Assembly (NCBI GenBank): GCA_964465015.1
Contig: CAYXHP010000072.1
Coordinates: forward strand, 5,355-69,354
Reading direction: 5' to 3'
Source of the DNA: an uncultured Gemmatimonadota bacterium
Lineage (GTDB): Bacteria > Gemmatimonadota > Gemmatimonadetes > Palauibacterales > Palauibacteraceae
Length of the DNA: 64,000 nt
Shown here: positions 1 to 8,372 of the stretch, one piece after another
Numbering within the stretch: position 1 is the first letter of the stretch
Layout: each line of letters opens with the position of its first letter
Made by a program: the position numbers and the translations under genes
Notes under the pieces: generated by a model
What the model saw: only the letters and a program-made list of their open reading frames with translations
What the model was told of the DNA's origin: nothing
Database searches by the model: none

Positions 1-213
1 CATGACCTCGAAGTCCACGTGGACGTGAGCGTACGCCACCGCTCCGGGCGGCACCGTGGCGACGTTCATGGAGAGCCGCTTCGCTCCCACGTTCTTGGCC
101 GAGAGCCCCGTCCGGTAACGGATCCCGTTCCAGCCGCGGTGGACGCCGGGGTTGCGGATGCACAGGATCCCGCCACCATCTTCCACGGCTCGGGTCAGGT
201 CCTCGTGGTCCAT
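1..213 (-). CDS. cupin-domain protein, N-terminal part (gene runs off the window start)
   Basis: Minus-strand translation from the ATG (forward 'cat' at 211-213) reads MDHEDLTRAVEDGGGILCIRNPGVHRGWNGIRYRTGLSAKNVGAKRLSMNVATVPPGAVAYAHVHVDFEV. This has a cupin-like Hx..H / G..Y pattern. There is no stop codon before the window edge. Confidence 0.45.
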   Translation of the reverse strand, partial: MDHEDLTRAVEDGGGILCIRNPGVHRGWNGIRYRTGLSAKNVGAKRLSMNVATVPPGAVAYAHVHVDFEVM

Positions 214-254
214 GGTTCCCTCGCGGAGTGGCCGGGGTGAGGTCGGACGTCGAG

Positions 255-1592
255 ATGGGACGCTACGCCGCCACATCGCCGGGAGGCAAGCGGGCCGCGC
301 TGCTCGCGGCCCTCGTGATGGCCTGCGGAGCGCTGGCCGATTGTGCCGCGACCGCGCCCTCCCACCCCGCCTCCTCCCGCCCGGCTTCCTCTCCCCTGCC
401 GGACTCCGTGCGCGCCGAGCTCCTGGACCTCCGCAGGCGGCACGACTTCTTCCGTCTCCGTGACCGGATCGCCGACCTCGCAGAGCCGGCGGGCCCGTGG
501 GGCCTCCTGCTCCGGGCCGAGGTGGTGAGCGCCTTCGGCGACGAAGCCGCCTCCGACTCGCTCCTGGACCGCCTGGCCGCCCGCTACGGGAGTCATCCCG
601 ACTCGGTCACCTTCACCGCGCTGGGGCTGCGCTACCGCAACGACGTGAGGCTCTATCACTTCGCCGACGCCCTCTCCGACGCCGACGCCCTCCGGGCCTC
701 CCCCCTGTCCGACTCGGCCACCCTCAGCGAGCTGGGGATCCGAAGCGACCTCCCCTTCCTGCGGGCGCTACGGGACGCGCCTGCTCAGACGGTCGAAGTG
801 CGCGCCGACACGGTCCTCCCGCTCTGGAACGACGAAGTACCGGTCACGATCGACGGCGAGTACCGTCACTACGCCTTCGACAGTGGAGCCAACTTCTCGG
901 CCCTCATCCGCTCGGAGGCCCGGAAGCTCGGTCTGGAGATCCAGCCCACCGGGGGCAAGATCGGGAGCTCGACCGACCTCGACGTCGCGGCCGACGTCGC
1001 GGTCGCGAACCGGGTGGAGGTGGGAGGGACCATCCTCCGGCACGTCGTCTTCCTCGTCCTCCCGGACTCGGCCCTCACCTTTCCGGGAGGTATCCAGATC
1101 CGGGGCCTGCTGGGCTTCCCCGTCTTGAGAGCGCTCGGGGCGGTGGGCTTCCGGCGCGACGGGACGCTGAGGGTGGGACCCCGTCGCGTCGCGGCCCACC
1201 CGTACACCATGGCGCTCGAGGAGTACACGCTCTTCGCACCCGTGGTCGTGGCGGGCGACACGGTCTCGTGCCACCTGGACACGGGCTCGGGCACGACGGA
1301 CTTCTACCAGTCGTTCTACCGCACCCATCGGCGCTGGGTGGACAGCGCCGGCACACCCGACTCCGTGGAGACCGGTGGGGCGGGTGGGATGCGGCGCTTC
1401 CGCGTGGTCCGGGTCCCGAACGCCACGCTCCTGGTGGCCGGCAGGCACGTCAGGCTGAAGCGGCTGAACGTGTACACCTCCCCCGTTCGGCCCCGGAGCC
1501 GGGACGCCTGTCTCCTCGGACGCGACGCCCTGGGCCAGTTCGACGAGTACGTGCTCGACTTCGAGCACATGGCCCTGGAGCTGGGAGGCTAG
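255..1592 (+). CDS. lipoprotein with two retropepsin-like aspartic-protease motifs (FDSGAN and LDTGSG)
   Basis: ORF 228..1592. ATG at 255 gives MGRYAATSPGGKRAALLAALVMACGALADC, a lipoprotein signal with a VMAC lipobox. The D-S-G-A and D-T-G-S aspartyl-protease signatures are separated by about 130 aa, suggesting a pseudo-dimeric pepsin/retropepsin fold. Confidence 0.6.
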   Translation: MGRYAATSPGGKRAALLAALVMACGALADCAATAPSHPASSRPASSPLPDSVRAELLDLRRRHDFFRLRDRIADLAEPAGPWGLLLRAEVVSAFGDEAASDSLLDRLAARYGSHPDSVTFTALGLRYRNDVRLYHFADALSDADALRASPLSDSATLSELGIRSDLPFLRALRDAPAQTVEVRADTVLPLWNDEVPVTIDGEYRHYAFDSGANFSALIRSEARKLGLEIQPTGGKIGSSTDLDVAADVAVANRVEVGGTILRHVVFLVLPDSALTFPGGIQIRGLLGFPVLRALGAVGFRRDGTLRVGPRRVAAHPYTMALEEYTLFAPVVVAGDTVSCHLDTGSGTTDFYQSFYRTHRRWVDSAGTPDSVETGGAGGMRRFRVVRVPNATLLVAGRHVRLKRLNVYTSPVRPRSRDACLLGRDALGQFDEYVLDFEHMALELGG

Positions 1593-1720
1593 ACGGCGAG
1601 GCCGTTCCCTGCCGCCGCGCCGGGGCTATCTTTCACGCGCGCCGCGCTCGGCGGGTCGATGGCACGGATGCGCCCGGATACCCGGCCCTGCTCCTCGTCG
1701 AGAAAGGTCCGAAGGGAGCC

Positions 1721-2266
1721 ATGTCGATCTTCACGAATGCCGCCGCGAGCACCGCGGAAGAGACCGATGCCTACATCGCCGCCATCCTGGACCTCCTGGG
1801 AGACCGCGACCCGCTGGAGGTGCTGGCCGAAACGCCCGCCGCGCTGCGCCGCCTGGTGGCCTCGGTCCCGGCCGCGGCTCTCCTGGTGCCCGAAGCCCGG
1901 GGCAAGTGGTCGATCCGCCACGTGCTCCGGCACCTGGCCGACTCCGAGATCGTGTGGGGATGGCGCCTGCGGGTGGTGCTGGCCCAGAACCGACCGTCTC
2001 TCACCGGCTGGGACCAGGACGCCTGGGCGGATCGGCTCCACTACGAGGAGGCGGACGCCGCCGAGGCCCTGGAGGAGTTCGAGACGCTCCGCCGGGGCCA
2101 CCTCCGCCTCCTCGGCGCCATGGCGCCCGAAGACCTGGAGCGGATCGGGCTCCACGCAGAGCGTGGCGAGGAGAGCGTGGGGCGCATGCTCCACCTGTAC
2201 GCCGGGCACGACCTGGTGCACCTTCGGCAGGGCGACAGGATCCGCGCGGCGGTGAACGTGGCGTAG
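1721..2266 (+). CDS. DinB/YfiT-like metal-dependent hydrolase (DinB_2 family)
   Basis: The real protein starts at the ATG at 1721 (MSIFTNAAAS...) inside the longer GC-artefact ORF 497..2266. It has a four-helix DinB-like signature with conserved His residues (HVLRHLADSE, LYAGHDLVHLRQ). Confidence 0.7.
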   Translation: MSIFTNAAASTAEETDAYIAAILDLLGDRDPLEVLAETPAALRRLVASVPAAALLVPEARGKWSIRHVLRHLADSEIVWGWRLRVVLAQNRPSLTGWDQDAWADRLHYEEADAAEALEEFETLRRGHLRLLGAMAPEDLERIGLHAERGEESVGRMLHLYAGHDLVHLRQGDRIRAAVNVA

Positions 2267-2335
2267 CGGTCGTGAGACCGAGGAGGCGCAGGACCTTCGA
2301 CCAGGCGGACCACGAACCCGAGGCACGGAGAGTCC

Positions 2336-2806
2336 ATGCCCAAGCACACCGCGCTCGTGGAGTGGACCCGCGACGGCGCCGTCTTCACCGATAACCGTTA
2401 CAGCCGCGAGCACCGCTGGCGCTTCGACGGGGGCGTCGAGGTGCCGGCTTCGGCCTCGCCCCACGTGGTCCGGGCCCCGATGTCGGTGGCCGAGGCGGTC
2501 GACCCCGAGGAGGCGTTCGTCGCCAGCCTCGCCAGCTGCCACCTGCTGTGGTTCCTCTCGATCGCGGCGGCGAGAGGCTTCGTGGTGGACGGCTACCGGG
2601 ACGAGGCCGAGGGCGTCCTGGCCCAGGACGAGGAGGGAGAGATGTGGATGCGGACGGTCACCCTGCGCCCGGCGACCACTTTCTCGGGTCCGCGACTCCC
2701 GACCCAGGAGGAGCTCGAGGCGATGCACGACGAAGCGCACGAGCGCTGCTTCCTGGCGCGCTCGGTCCGGACGAAGGTGCTCTGCGAGGCGGTGGCCGAC
2801 CTATAG
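2336..2806 (+). CDS. OsmC/Ohr family peroxiredoxin-like protein
   Basis: 156 aa. It shows the OsmC-type pattern with two conserved Cys (SLASCHLLWF, HERCFLARS). Confidence 0.8.
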   Translation: MPKHTALVEWTRDGAVFTDNRYSREHRWRFDGGVEVPASASPHVVRAPMSVAEAVDPEEAFVASLASCHLLWFLSIAAARGFVVDGYRDEAEGVLAQDEEGEMWMRTVTLRPATTFSGPRLPTQEELEAMHDEAHERCFLARSVRTKVLCEAVADL

Positions 2807-2879
2807 CCTTCCCTGCCGGGAGAGGCGTCCCCCCGCGTGCCGACACGCAGGTCCTGAGGGCCGCTACCTCGAACCCGAC

Positions 2880-3091
2880 AGGCCCCCTCCTCGTAGTAAA
2901 TCCAGGATCATCGAACATATTTCGATTCTCGGCCGATCATTCGGTTCAATTTCGGTCTGAGAGCGCTTCATTTGGACGGCCCAATCCTTAAGAAAATCAG
3001 GTATGGAAGTTGCTATGCGAGTCGGCGGCAACTCCATGTGACGCTTGACTCTCATCCGAGTCGCGGCGTGCACAGAATCGGACGTAGATAC
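2880..3091 (+). promoter_or_regulatory. AT-rich upstream/promoter region of the curli locus (TTGACT -35-like hexamer at 3047-3052)
   Basis: GC drops sharply here (e.g. 'atatttcgattctcggccgatcattcggttcaatttcgg', 'aatccttaagaaaatcaggtatgg') in a roughly 70% GC background. The region sits directly upstream of csgE and contains TTGACT. Confidence 0.3.
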
Positions 3092-3661
3092 ATGGAGGGA
3101 GGCGCGGTGACCCATACCGTGGGAATCGGGTTCTCGGGCGCTATCCTTTTATTTTCGGCCTCTCTCCTCGTGGCCCAGCAGCCATCCGACGCACCGCGAT
3201 CGGACACCGTGACGCGCGTGGCAGCCGATTCCGACGCGGTTCTGGGCGTAACCTCGCTTCCACGCGAGGAGATTCCCGGCTACGCCGCCACGGCACGCTT
3301 CTTGGGCTCGTTGCACCGGCGAGACAATTCGCGTGCCGAGCCCGCCACAACCCGGAACGAGCTCTCCCTCGACCTCGTCGTGGATGAGACGCTCACCCCC
3401 ATGGGACGAGACTTCTTCCAGGCGTTCTACACGGCCTGGAAGGCCCCCGAGGGAGCGCCTACCTACGCCATACGGATCGGCGAGCAGCCGACGCCCGGCC
3501 TGTCCACCCGGATCGTCCTCTACCTGAACAACGAGCGGCTCCTGCAGTTCCCCCTGGTGAAGACGAGCCACGATTTCATCGAGGAGGTGGCGGGTCAGGC
3601 CGTTCGGTACATGCAGCAGCAGCTCCGGCAGCGCCTGTCGCCCGACGTCGAAGGATCCTGA
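3092..3661 (+). CDS. csgE: curli assembly/secretion specificity factor CsgE homolog
   Basis: It aligns to E. coli CsgE. The segment LDLVVDETLTPMGRDFFQAFYTAWK matches [24 protein letters not shown], and the IRIGEQPTP...LLQFPL...DF block matches INERPSARW...FQTFLFPLKRDF. There is an N-terminal signal peptide. The start is ambiguous: ATG at 3092, GTG at 3068 or GTG at 3107. Confidence 0.8.
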   Translation: MEGGAVTHTVGIGFSGAILLFSASLLVAQQPSDAPRSDTVTRVAADSDAVLGVTSLPREEIPGYAATARFLGSLHRRDNSRAEPATTRNELSLDLVVDETLTPMGRDFFQAFYTAWKAPEGAPTYAIRIGEQPTPGLSTRIVLYLNNERLLQFPLVKTSHDFIEEVAGQAVRYMQQQLRQRLSPDVEGS

Positions 3662-3704
3662 CGCGGCACGCCTCGACCATCACCCCGTCTTCCGTGGAGG
3701 AACG

Positions 3705-4148
3705 GTGAGCCCCGAGCGATCGATTCCGACTCTCGTGTCCGTCGCTGTCGTCACGCTACTGATGGCACTCCCGACGTCGGCTCGCGCCCAGGACCTGGTG
3801 TTCCAACCCCAGGTCACCGGGTTCGGCGCCGCGCCGGCGACGGTTCAGGTGAACCTGCAGCTGGCCCAGGCGCAGCAGGCCCAGCCGGACTTCTCTTCGT
3901 TCAACGATCCGCTGCAGAACTTCCAGCAGGACCTCCAGCGCCAGATCCTGAGCGGCCTGGCACAGCAGATCATCCAGTCGCAGTTCGGCGGCTCGTTCGG
4001 CCAGACCAACATCGACCTGGCGCAGCGCAGCACGTTCAACCTGGGCGACTTCATCGTCGACATCATCCCGGGTACCGATGCGCTCCAGATCCGGGTGGCC
4101 AACACCATCACGGGCAACTCGACCACCATATCCGTTCCGAAGTTCTGA
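3705..4148 (+). CDS. csgF: curli assembly protein CsgF homolog
   Basis: It has a signal peptide. The segment VFQPQVTGFGAAP...LQLAQAQQAQ...FQQDLQRQILSGL...GDFIVDIIPGTDALQIRVANTITGNSTTISVPKF parallels E. coli CsgF (FQFRNPNFGGNP...NSAQAQN...FTQAIQSQILGGL...NDYIVDI...LQLNVTDRKTGQTSTIQV...F). Confidence 0.85.
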   Translation: MSPERSIPTLVSVAVVTLLMALPTSARAQDLVFQPQVTGFGAAPATVQVNLQLAQAQQAQPDFSSFNDPLQNFQQDLQRQILSGLAQQIIQSQFGGSFGQTNIDLAQRSTFNLGDFIVDIIPGTDALQIRVANTITGNSTTISVPKF

Positions 4149-4205
4149 GAGCCTCGTGAGCGGACACCGCGCGTCCAACACACGAAGCGATCAGGAGAGA
4201 CACGG

Positions 4206-5579
4206 ATGAGGCGAGCGATCGGCCTCGGCACGGCGCTCCTCCTCGGAGCGGCGGGGTGCACGAACTACATGGCTCCCCTGCACACCGCCCCGCCGCGCCC
4301 GAACGGGTCCACGCCGGTGACGCGGGAGCTCCGCGAGCTCCCGGCGCCCAAGGAGAAGGTGGTGGCGGCGGTGTACCGGTTCCGGGACGAGACGGGCCAG
4401 TACAAGCCCAGCGCGAACGCGACCAGCTTCTCGACGGCCGTCACGCAGGGGGCGACGTCGATCCTGATCGATGCGCTCCAGACCTCCGGCTGGTTCGTGC
4501 CGATCGAGCGGGAGGACCTCTCCAACCTCCTGAACGAACGCCAGATCATCCAGCAGATCCGGCAGCAGTACGAGGGCGCGGCCAAAGACCAGCACCAGCT
4601 CCCGCCCCTCCTGTTCGCCGGCGTGATGCTCGAGGGCGGCATCATCGGCTACAACACGAACACGGTGACCGGCGGCGAGGCCGCCCGCTACTTCGGGGCG
4701 GGAGGCTCGGCCGTCTTCCACCAGGACCAGGTCACCGTCTACCTCCGGGCCGTTTCCACGCAGACGGGGCGCGTGCTGGAGAACGTCCACGCGACCAAGA
4801 CCATCCTCTCCCAGGAGGTCGAGGCGGGGATCTTCCGCTTCGTCGAGGCCAACCGGCTGCTCCAGTCCGACATCGGCTACAGCTACAACGAGCCCACCAC
4901 CGTCGCGGTCCGCGAGGCGATCGAGGAATCCGTACGCGCGCTGGTCGTGGAAGGGATCAAGGATGGCCTGTGGAGTCTCGCCGACTCCGCCGACTCGCGG
5001 AGCCCCGCGATCCTGGCCTACGAGCGTGACAAGAACCGGGCGCAGCGGACCGACGTGTTCGATCTGTTCCGGGGAGCGAGCCGCACGGGCTTCTCGCTCG
5101 GCCTGTGGGCGGGCGGTCAGAAGCTGGAGGGGAATTACCAGAACTCGCTCATCCGTCCGAGCGGAGGCCTCACGATCCGGCACTCCGTCTCGCCGAACGT
5201 CACGTTCGGCCTCGATGCCTCGGCCTGGCAGATCGCGGCCCGCAACGGCTTCCAGAGCACCGGCGCCTCGTTCGGGGGGAGCGCCCTCTACTACTTCCTG
5301 CCCGACGGCACGGCCACGCCTTACGTGCAGGTCGGCGCCGGGGCGCTAAAGGGCGACCTCATCTCGAGCGCCGGATCCGAGGGCCCGCTTCGCTGGCGGC
5401 CCTACATCTCGGCCGCCCTCGGAGTCGAGTACATGGTGCGTCCGGGAGCGGCGTTCGACCTGAAGCTCGAGAACCAGTACGCGGCCGAGGAAGGCATCGA
5501 CAACGTGGACGAGGGGGGGCTCAACGACTCCCTCTGGCGCCTCTCGGCCGGCTTCATCTTCTACTTGTCGCACTTCTGA
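4206..5579 (+). CDS. csgG: curli secretion channel lipoprotein CsgG with an extra C-terminal ~190-aa beta-barrel-like domain
   Basis: It has the lipobox LLGAAGC. Residues ~40-260 align along their length with E. coli CsgG (VAAVYRFRDETGQYKP, NLLNERQIIQQ, GGIIGYNTNTVTGGEAARYFGAG, TKTILSQEVEAGIFRF, SYNEPTTVAVREAIE). Residues ~265-457 are an additional domain with alternating hydrophobic beta-strand patterns and a C-terminal ...GFIFYLSHF (terminal Phe), like an OMP barrel. Confidence 0.9.
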   Translation: MRRAIGLGTALLLGAAGCTNYMAPLHTAPPRPNGSTPVTRELRELPAPKEKVVAAVYRFRDETGQYKPSANATSFSTAVTQGATSILIDALQTSGWFVPIEREDLSNLLNERQIIQQIRQQYEGAAKDQHQLPPLLFAGVMLEGGIIGYNTNTVTGGEAARYFGAGGSAVFHQDQVTVYLRAVSTQTGRVLENVHATKTILSQEVEAGIFRFVEANRLLQSDIGYSYNEPTTVAVREAIEESVRALVVEGIKDGLWSLADSADSRSPAILAYERDKNRAQRTDVFDLFRGASRTGFSLGLWAGGQKLEGNYQNSLIRPSGGLTIRHSVSPNVTFGLDASAWQIAARNGFQSTGASFGGSALYYFLPDGTATPYVQVGAGALKGDLISSAGSEGPLRWRPYISAALGVEYMVRPGAAFDLKLENQYAAEEGIDNVDEGGLNDSLWRLSAGFIFYLSHF

Positions 5580-5787
5580 CGTTCGTGTGGGGTGGTGGGG
5601 ACGTCCGTTCCAGCAACCGCAATCACCCGGGAGGACAACGGAGCTGAACTGACGAGCGACCGCGAGGTTCCGACCGGTGAGCCGGTCGGCGTGGGAGGAA
5701 CGCCGGGTTCCCGCGACGGCAAATAGGACGGCGCAGCCAGACGAGCGAGACGCAGTACCAGCGTTCACTCAGAGCGGAGAGAACAGC

Positions 5788-6741
5788 ATGCGTAAGCTCC
5801 AAGCACTCTTACTGGCCGGCGTCGTCGGACTGTTCCTGACGGCTGTCCCGGCGTATGGGCAGAGCAATACGGCCCACACGACCCAGACCGGGGACAACCT
5901 GAGCGCCGAGACGCACCAGCCCGGCGCCAGCAACCTGGCGAACATCGTGCAGGCCAACGACAACACGGGGCCGGAGGTGGCCTTCATTCGCCAGGCAGGG
6001 AACCACAACCAGGCCTTCATCCAGCAGAGCCAGACCGGTGGCGGCGGGATCACGCCTCCGCTGGAAGCGAGCATTCGGCAGTCCGGCGACTACAACGTCG
6101 CCCATCAGTCCGAGACCGCTCCCAGTTCGAATGCCGAGCAGATCCAGGAGGCGGTTCAGTCGGGCAACCACAACCGCTCCACGCAGACCATCGAGCACGG
6201 CTACACGATCCACCAGACCGTGCATCAGTCCGGTGACAACAACGTGGCGCGGCAGACCATCGGCGCAGACGGAAACGGACATATCAACGCCGACATCGTC
6301 CAGAGCGGAAACGGCAACACAGCCACGCAGGATCAGGCGGGCCTGAACGACAACGCGAGCATCACTCAGCCGGGCAACAACAACGTCGCGCACCAGCACC
6401 AGACCGGTCCGGCGTTCAGCCACGTGAATACGGCCGAGATCCGGCAGTCGGGGAATTCCAACACGGCGGTTCAGAACCAGACCATGGTCTCCGCCGCAGC
6501 CCCGCCGCACTACAACTACGCCACGGCTCACCAGTCGGGAAGCTCTAACCACGCCACTCAGAACCAGAGCGGGTTCGATCTGAACGCCACGATCCTCCAG
6601 TCCGGCAACGGCAACGTGGCGACGCAGAGCCAGATGTCCGGGTCTCTCCTAATGTCGACGATCACCCAGTCCAGCAACAACAACGTCGCGCACACAACGC
6701 AGACGGGCACCAGCGACGTCGCGACGGTCACGCAGGGCTGA
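5788..6741 (+). CDS. csgA: curlin-repeat major subunit (CsgA-like), paralog 1
   Basis: The signal peptide MRKLQALLLAGVVGLFLTAVPAYGQ is followed by many imperfect curlin repeats of the type Q-x-G-x-x-N-x-A-x3-Q (e.g. IRQSGDYNVAHQ, VHQSGDNNVARQ, IVQSGNGNTATQ, ITQPGNNNVAHQ, ILQSGNGNVATQ, ITQSSNNNVAHTTQ). An RBS GGAGAG lies upstream. Confidence 0.85.
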   Translation: MRKLQALLLAGVVGLFLTAVPAYGQSNTAHTTQTGDNLSAETHQPGASNLANIVQANDNTGPEVAFIRQAGNHNQAFIQQSQTGGGGITPPLEASIRQSGDYNVAHQSETAPSSNAEQIQEAVQSGNHNRSTQTIEHGYTIHQTVHQSGDNNVARQTIGADGNGHINADIVQSGNGNTATQDQAGLNDNASITQPGNNNVAHQHQTGPAFSHVNTAEIRQSGNSNTAVQNQTMVSAAAPPHYNYATAHQSGSSNHATQNQSGFDLNATILQSGNGNVATQSQMSGSLLMSTITQSSNNNVAHTTQTGTSDVATVTQG

Positions 6742-6769
6742 TCAGAACTCGGGAGCTGGAGGCAACAGA

Positions 6770-7570
6770 ATGCGTAAGCTCCAGGCACTCTTGCTGGCCG
6801 GCGTCGTCGGACTCTTCCTGACGGCCGTGCCGACCTTCGCGCAGAGCAATACGGCGACTGTCAACCAAACCGGTGACAATCTCACCGCCGAGGCCCACCA
6901 GCCGGGCGCCAGCAACCTGGCCAATATCATGCAGGCCAACGATAACACGGGCCCGGTAACAGCCTTCATCAGGCAGGCCGGAAGTCACAACAAAGCCTTC
7001 ATCGATCAGAGCCAGACGGGTGGCGGAGGCATCACCCCTCCGCTCGAGGCCTCGATCAGGCAGCCCGGAAACTACAACGTCGCCCATCAGTTTGAGAACG
7101 CCCCAGGCTACAATCAGGGGCAGACCCAGGAGGCCGTGCAGTCGGGCGACCACAATACCTCTAACCAGACGATCGATCATGGCTGGGGGATTCACCAGTC
7201 CGTGAACCAGTCGGGAAACGACAACGTGGCTCGTCAAACCGTAGATGGTAGTGGGGTCGGGAATCTGGTCTCGAGTATCATCCAGTCCGGAAATGGGAAC
7301 ACCGCCACGCAGGACCAGACTGGCCTGAATCAGACCGAGAACGCGAAGCAGTCGGGCAACAACAACGTCGCGCATCAGTATCAGACAGGGCCAGGCGCAT
7401 ACAGCCACCTTAACCTGGAGACCATTCTCCAGTCGGGGAATGCCAACCTCGCGGCTCAGCACCAGATGGGTCTGGACCTGACCTCGACGGTCACCCAGTC
7501 CAGCAACGGCAACGTCGCGCACACGACACAGACGGGAACCAACGACGTCGCGACGGTCACGCAGGGGTGA
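6770..7570 (+). CDS. csgA: curlin-repeat major subunit (CsgA-like), paralog 2 (tandem duplicate)
   Basis: The signal peptide and the C-terminal ...TNDVATVTQG are nearly identical to paralog 1, also at the DNA level. It has the same curlin repeat structure. An RBS GGAGG lies 8 nt upstream of the ATG. Confidence 0.85.
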   Translation: MRKLQALLLAGVVGLFLTAVPTFAQSNTATVNQTGDNLTAEAHQPGASNLANIMQANDNTGPVTAFIRQAGSHNKAFIDQSQTGGGGITPPLEASIRQPGNYNVAHQFENAPGYNQGQTQEAVQSGDHNTSNQTIDHGWGIHQSVNQSGNDNVARQTVDGSGVGNLVSSIIQSGNGNTATQDQTGLNQTENAKQSGNNNVAHQYQTGPGAYSHLNLETILQSGNANLAAQHQMGLDLTSTVTQSSNGNVAHTTQTGTNDVATVTQG

Positions 7571-7619
7571 TGAGAAACCCGCAGCTCGCCCATGGTAGGA
7601 GCGACTGCCACAGCGGATA

Positions 7620-7643
7620 CCGGGGGGGCGCACGCCCCCCCGG
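7620..7643 (+). terminator. strong GC hairpin (CCGGGGGGG-CGCACG-CCCCCCCGG) between csgA paralog 2 and the third curlin gene; putative terminator/attenuator with no U-tract
   Basis: A perfect 9-bp G/C stem with a 6-nt loop lies about 50 nt after the csgA2 stop. Confidence 0.35.
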
Positions 7644-7715
7644 CCGCTGCGTTGAAGGCGGAAGGGACATGCGCGCGATCGGAACGGAGTTCACGACTCC
7701 TCGAGGAGTGGACCG

Positions 7716-8372
7716 ATGAGACGGTTCCTACAGGTGACCCGCCCGACGAGGCTGGCTTGCGCGGCCATGGTGGCCGTCGCGGTTGGCCCGGGGCTCTCCG
7801 GCGCGGCGGCGCAGCAGACCGGCGGCGCGTACATCACGCAGGCGACCTCGCCGGAGACCGTGCTGCCCAGGTCGACGAGCCCCGACCAGCAGGCGACCGC
7901 CCTGTGGCCCCAGCTCGCCTGCTTGGGACTCGGAGCCGCCGGAGCCTCTTGCGATCTCCGCAGCTCGGCGGGTCCGCCGGCGGGCGGCTTCCGGAACTTC
8001 GTCGCCCTCGTGCAGGCCGGCAGCGGCAACTTCATCGCCACGGTCCAGGCGGGCGGCACGGGCAACCAGATCCAGGCGAGCCAGACCGGGGACAACAACA
8101 CGCTGTACGCGGATCAGCTGGGAAGCGACAACCTCCTGGGCGTGCGCCTGGTCGGCAACGACAACACGCTGCACTCGTCGCAACACGGCAGCGGCAACCA
8201 GTACCTGTTCAGCTTCGAAGGCAACTCCCTGAACCACAACCTCCTGCAGGAGGGAGACAACCTGCGGGCGGTGCAGATCGGCGTGGGGACGCTGCCGTTC
8301 AGCATCGAGCAGCTCGGTCACGACATGGAGATCCGGATCGTGCACGACCCCCTGAGCGGATGGCCGCGATGA
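7716..8372 (+). CDS. curlin-repeat protein with a distinct Cys-containing N-terminal domain (CsgB-like nucleator candidate)
   Basis: An RBS GAGGAG precedes the ATG. After the signal peptide there is a ~90-aa N-domain with cysteines (LACLGLGAAGASCDL). This is followed by curlin-type repeats: ALVQAGSGNFIATVQAGGTGNQIQASQTGDNNTLYADQLGSDNLLGVRLVGNDNTLHSSQHGSGNQYLFSFEGNS. Confidence 0.75.
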   Translation: MRRFLQVTRPTRLACAAMVAVAVGPGLSGAAAQQTGGAYITQATSPETVLPRSTSPDQQATALWPQLACLGLGAAGASCDLRSSAGPPAGGFRNFVALVQAGSGNFIATVQAGGTGNQIQASQTGDNNTLYADQLGSDNLLGVRLVGNDNTLHSSQHGSGNQYLFSFEGNSLNHNLLQEGDNLRAVQIGVGTLPFSIEQLGHDMEIRIVHDPLSGWPR

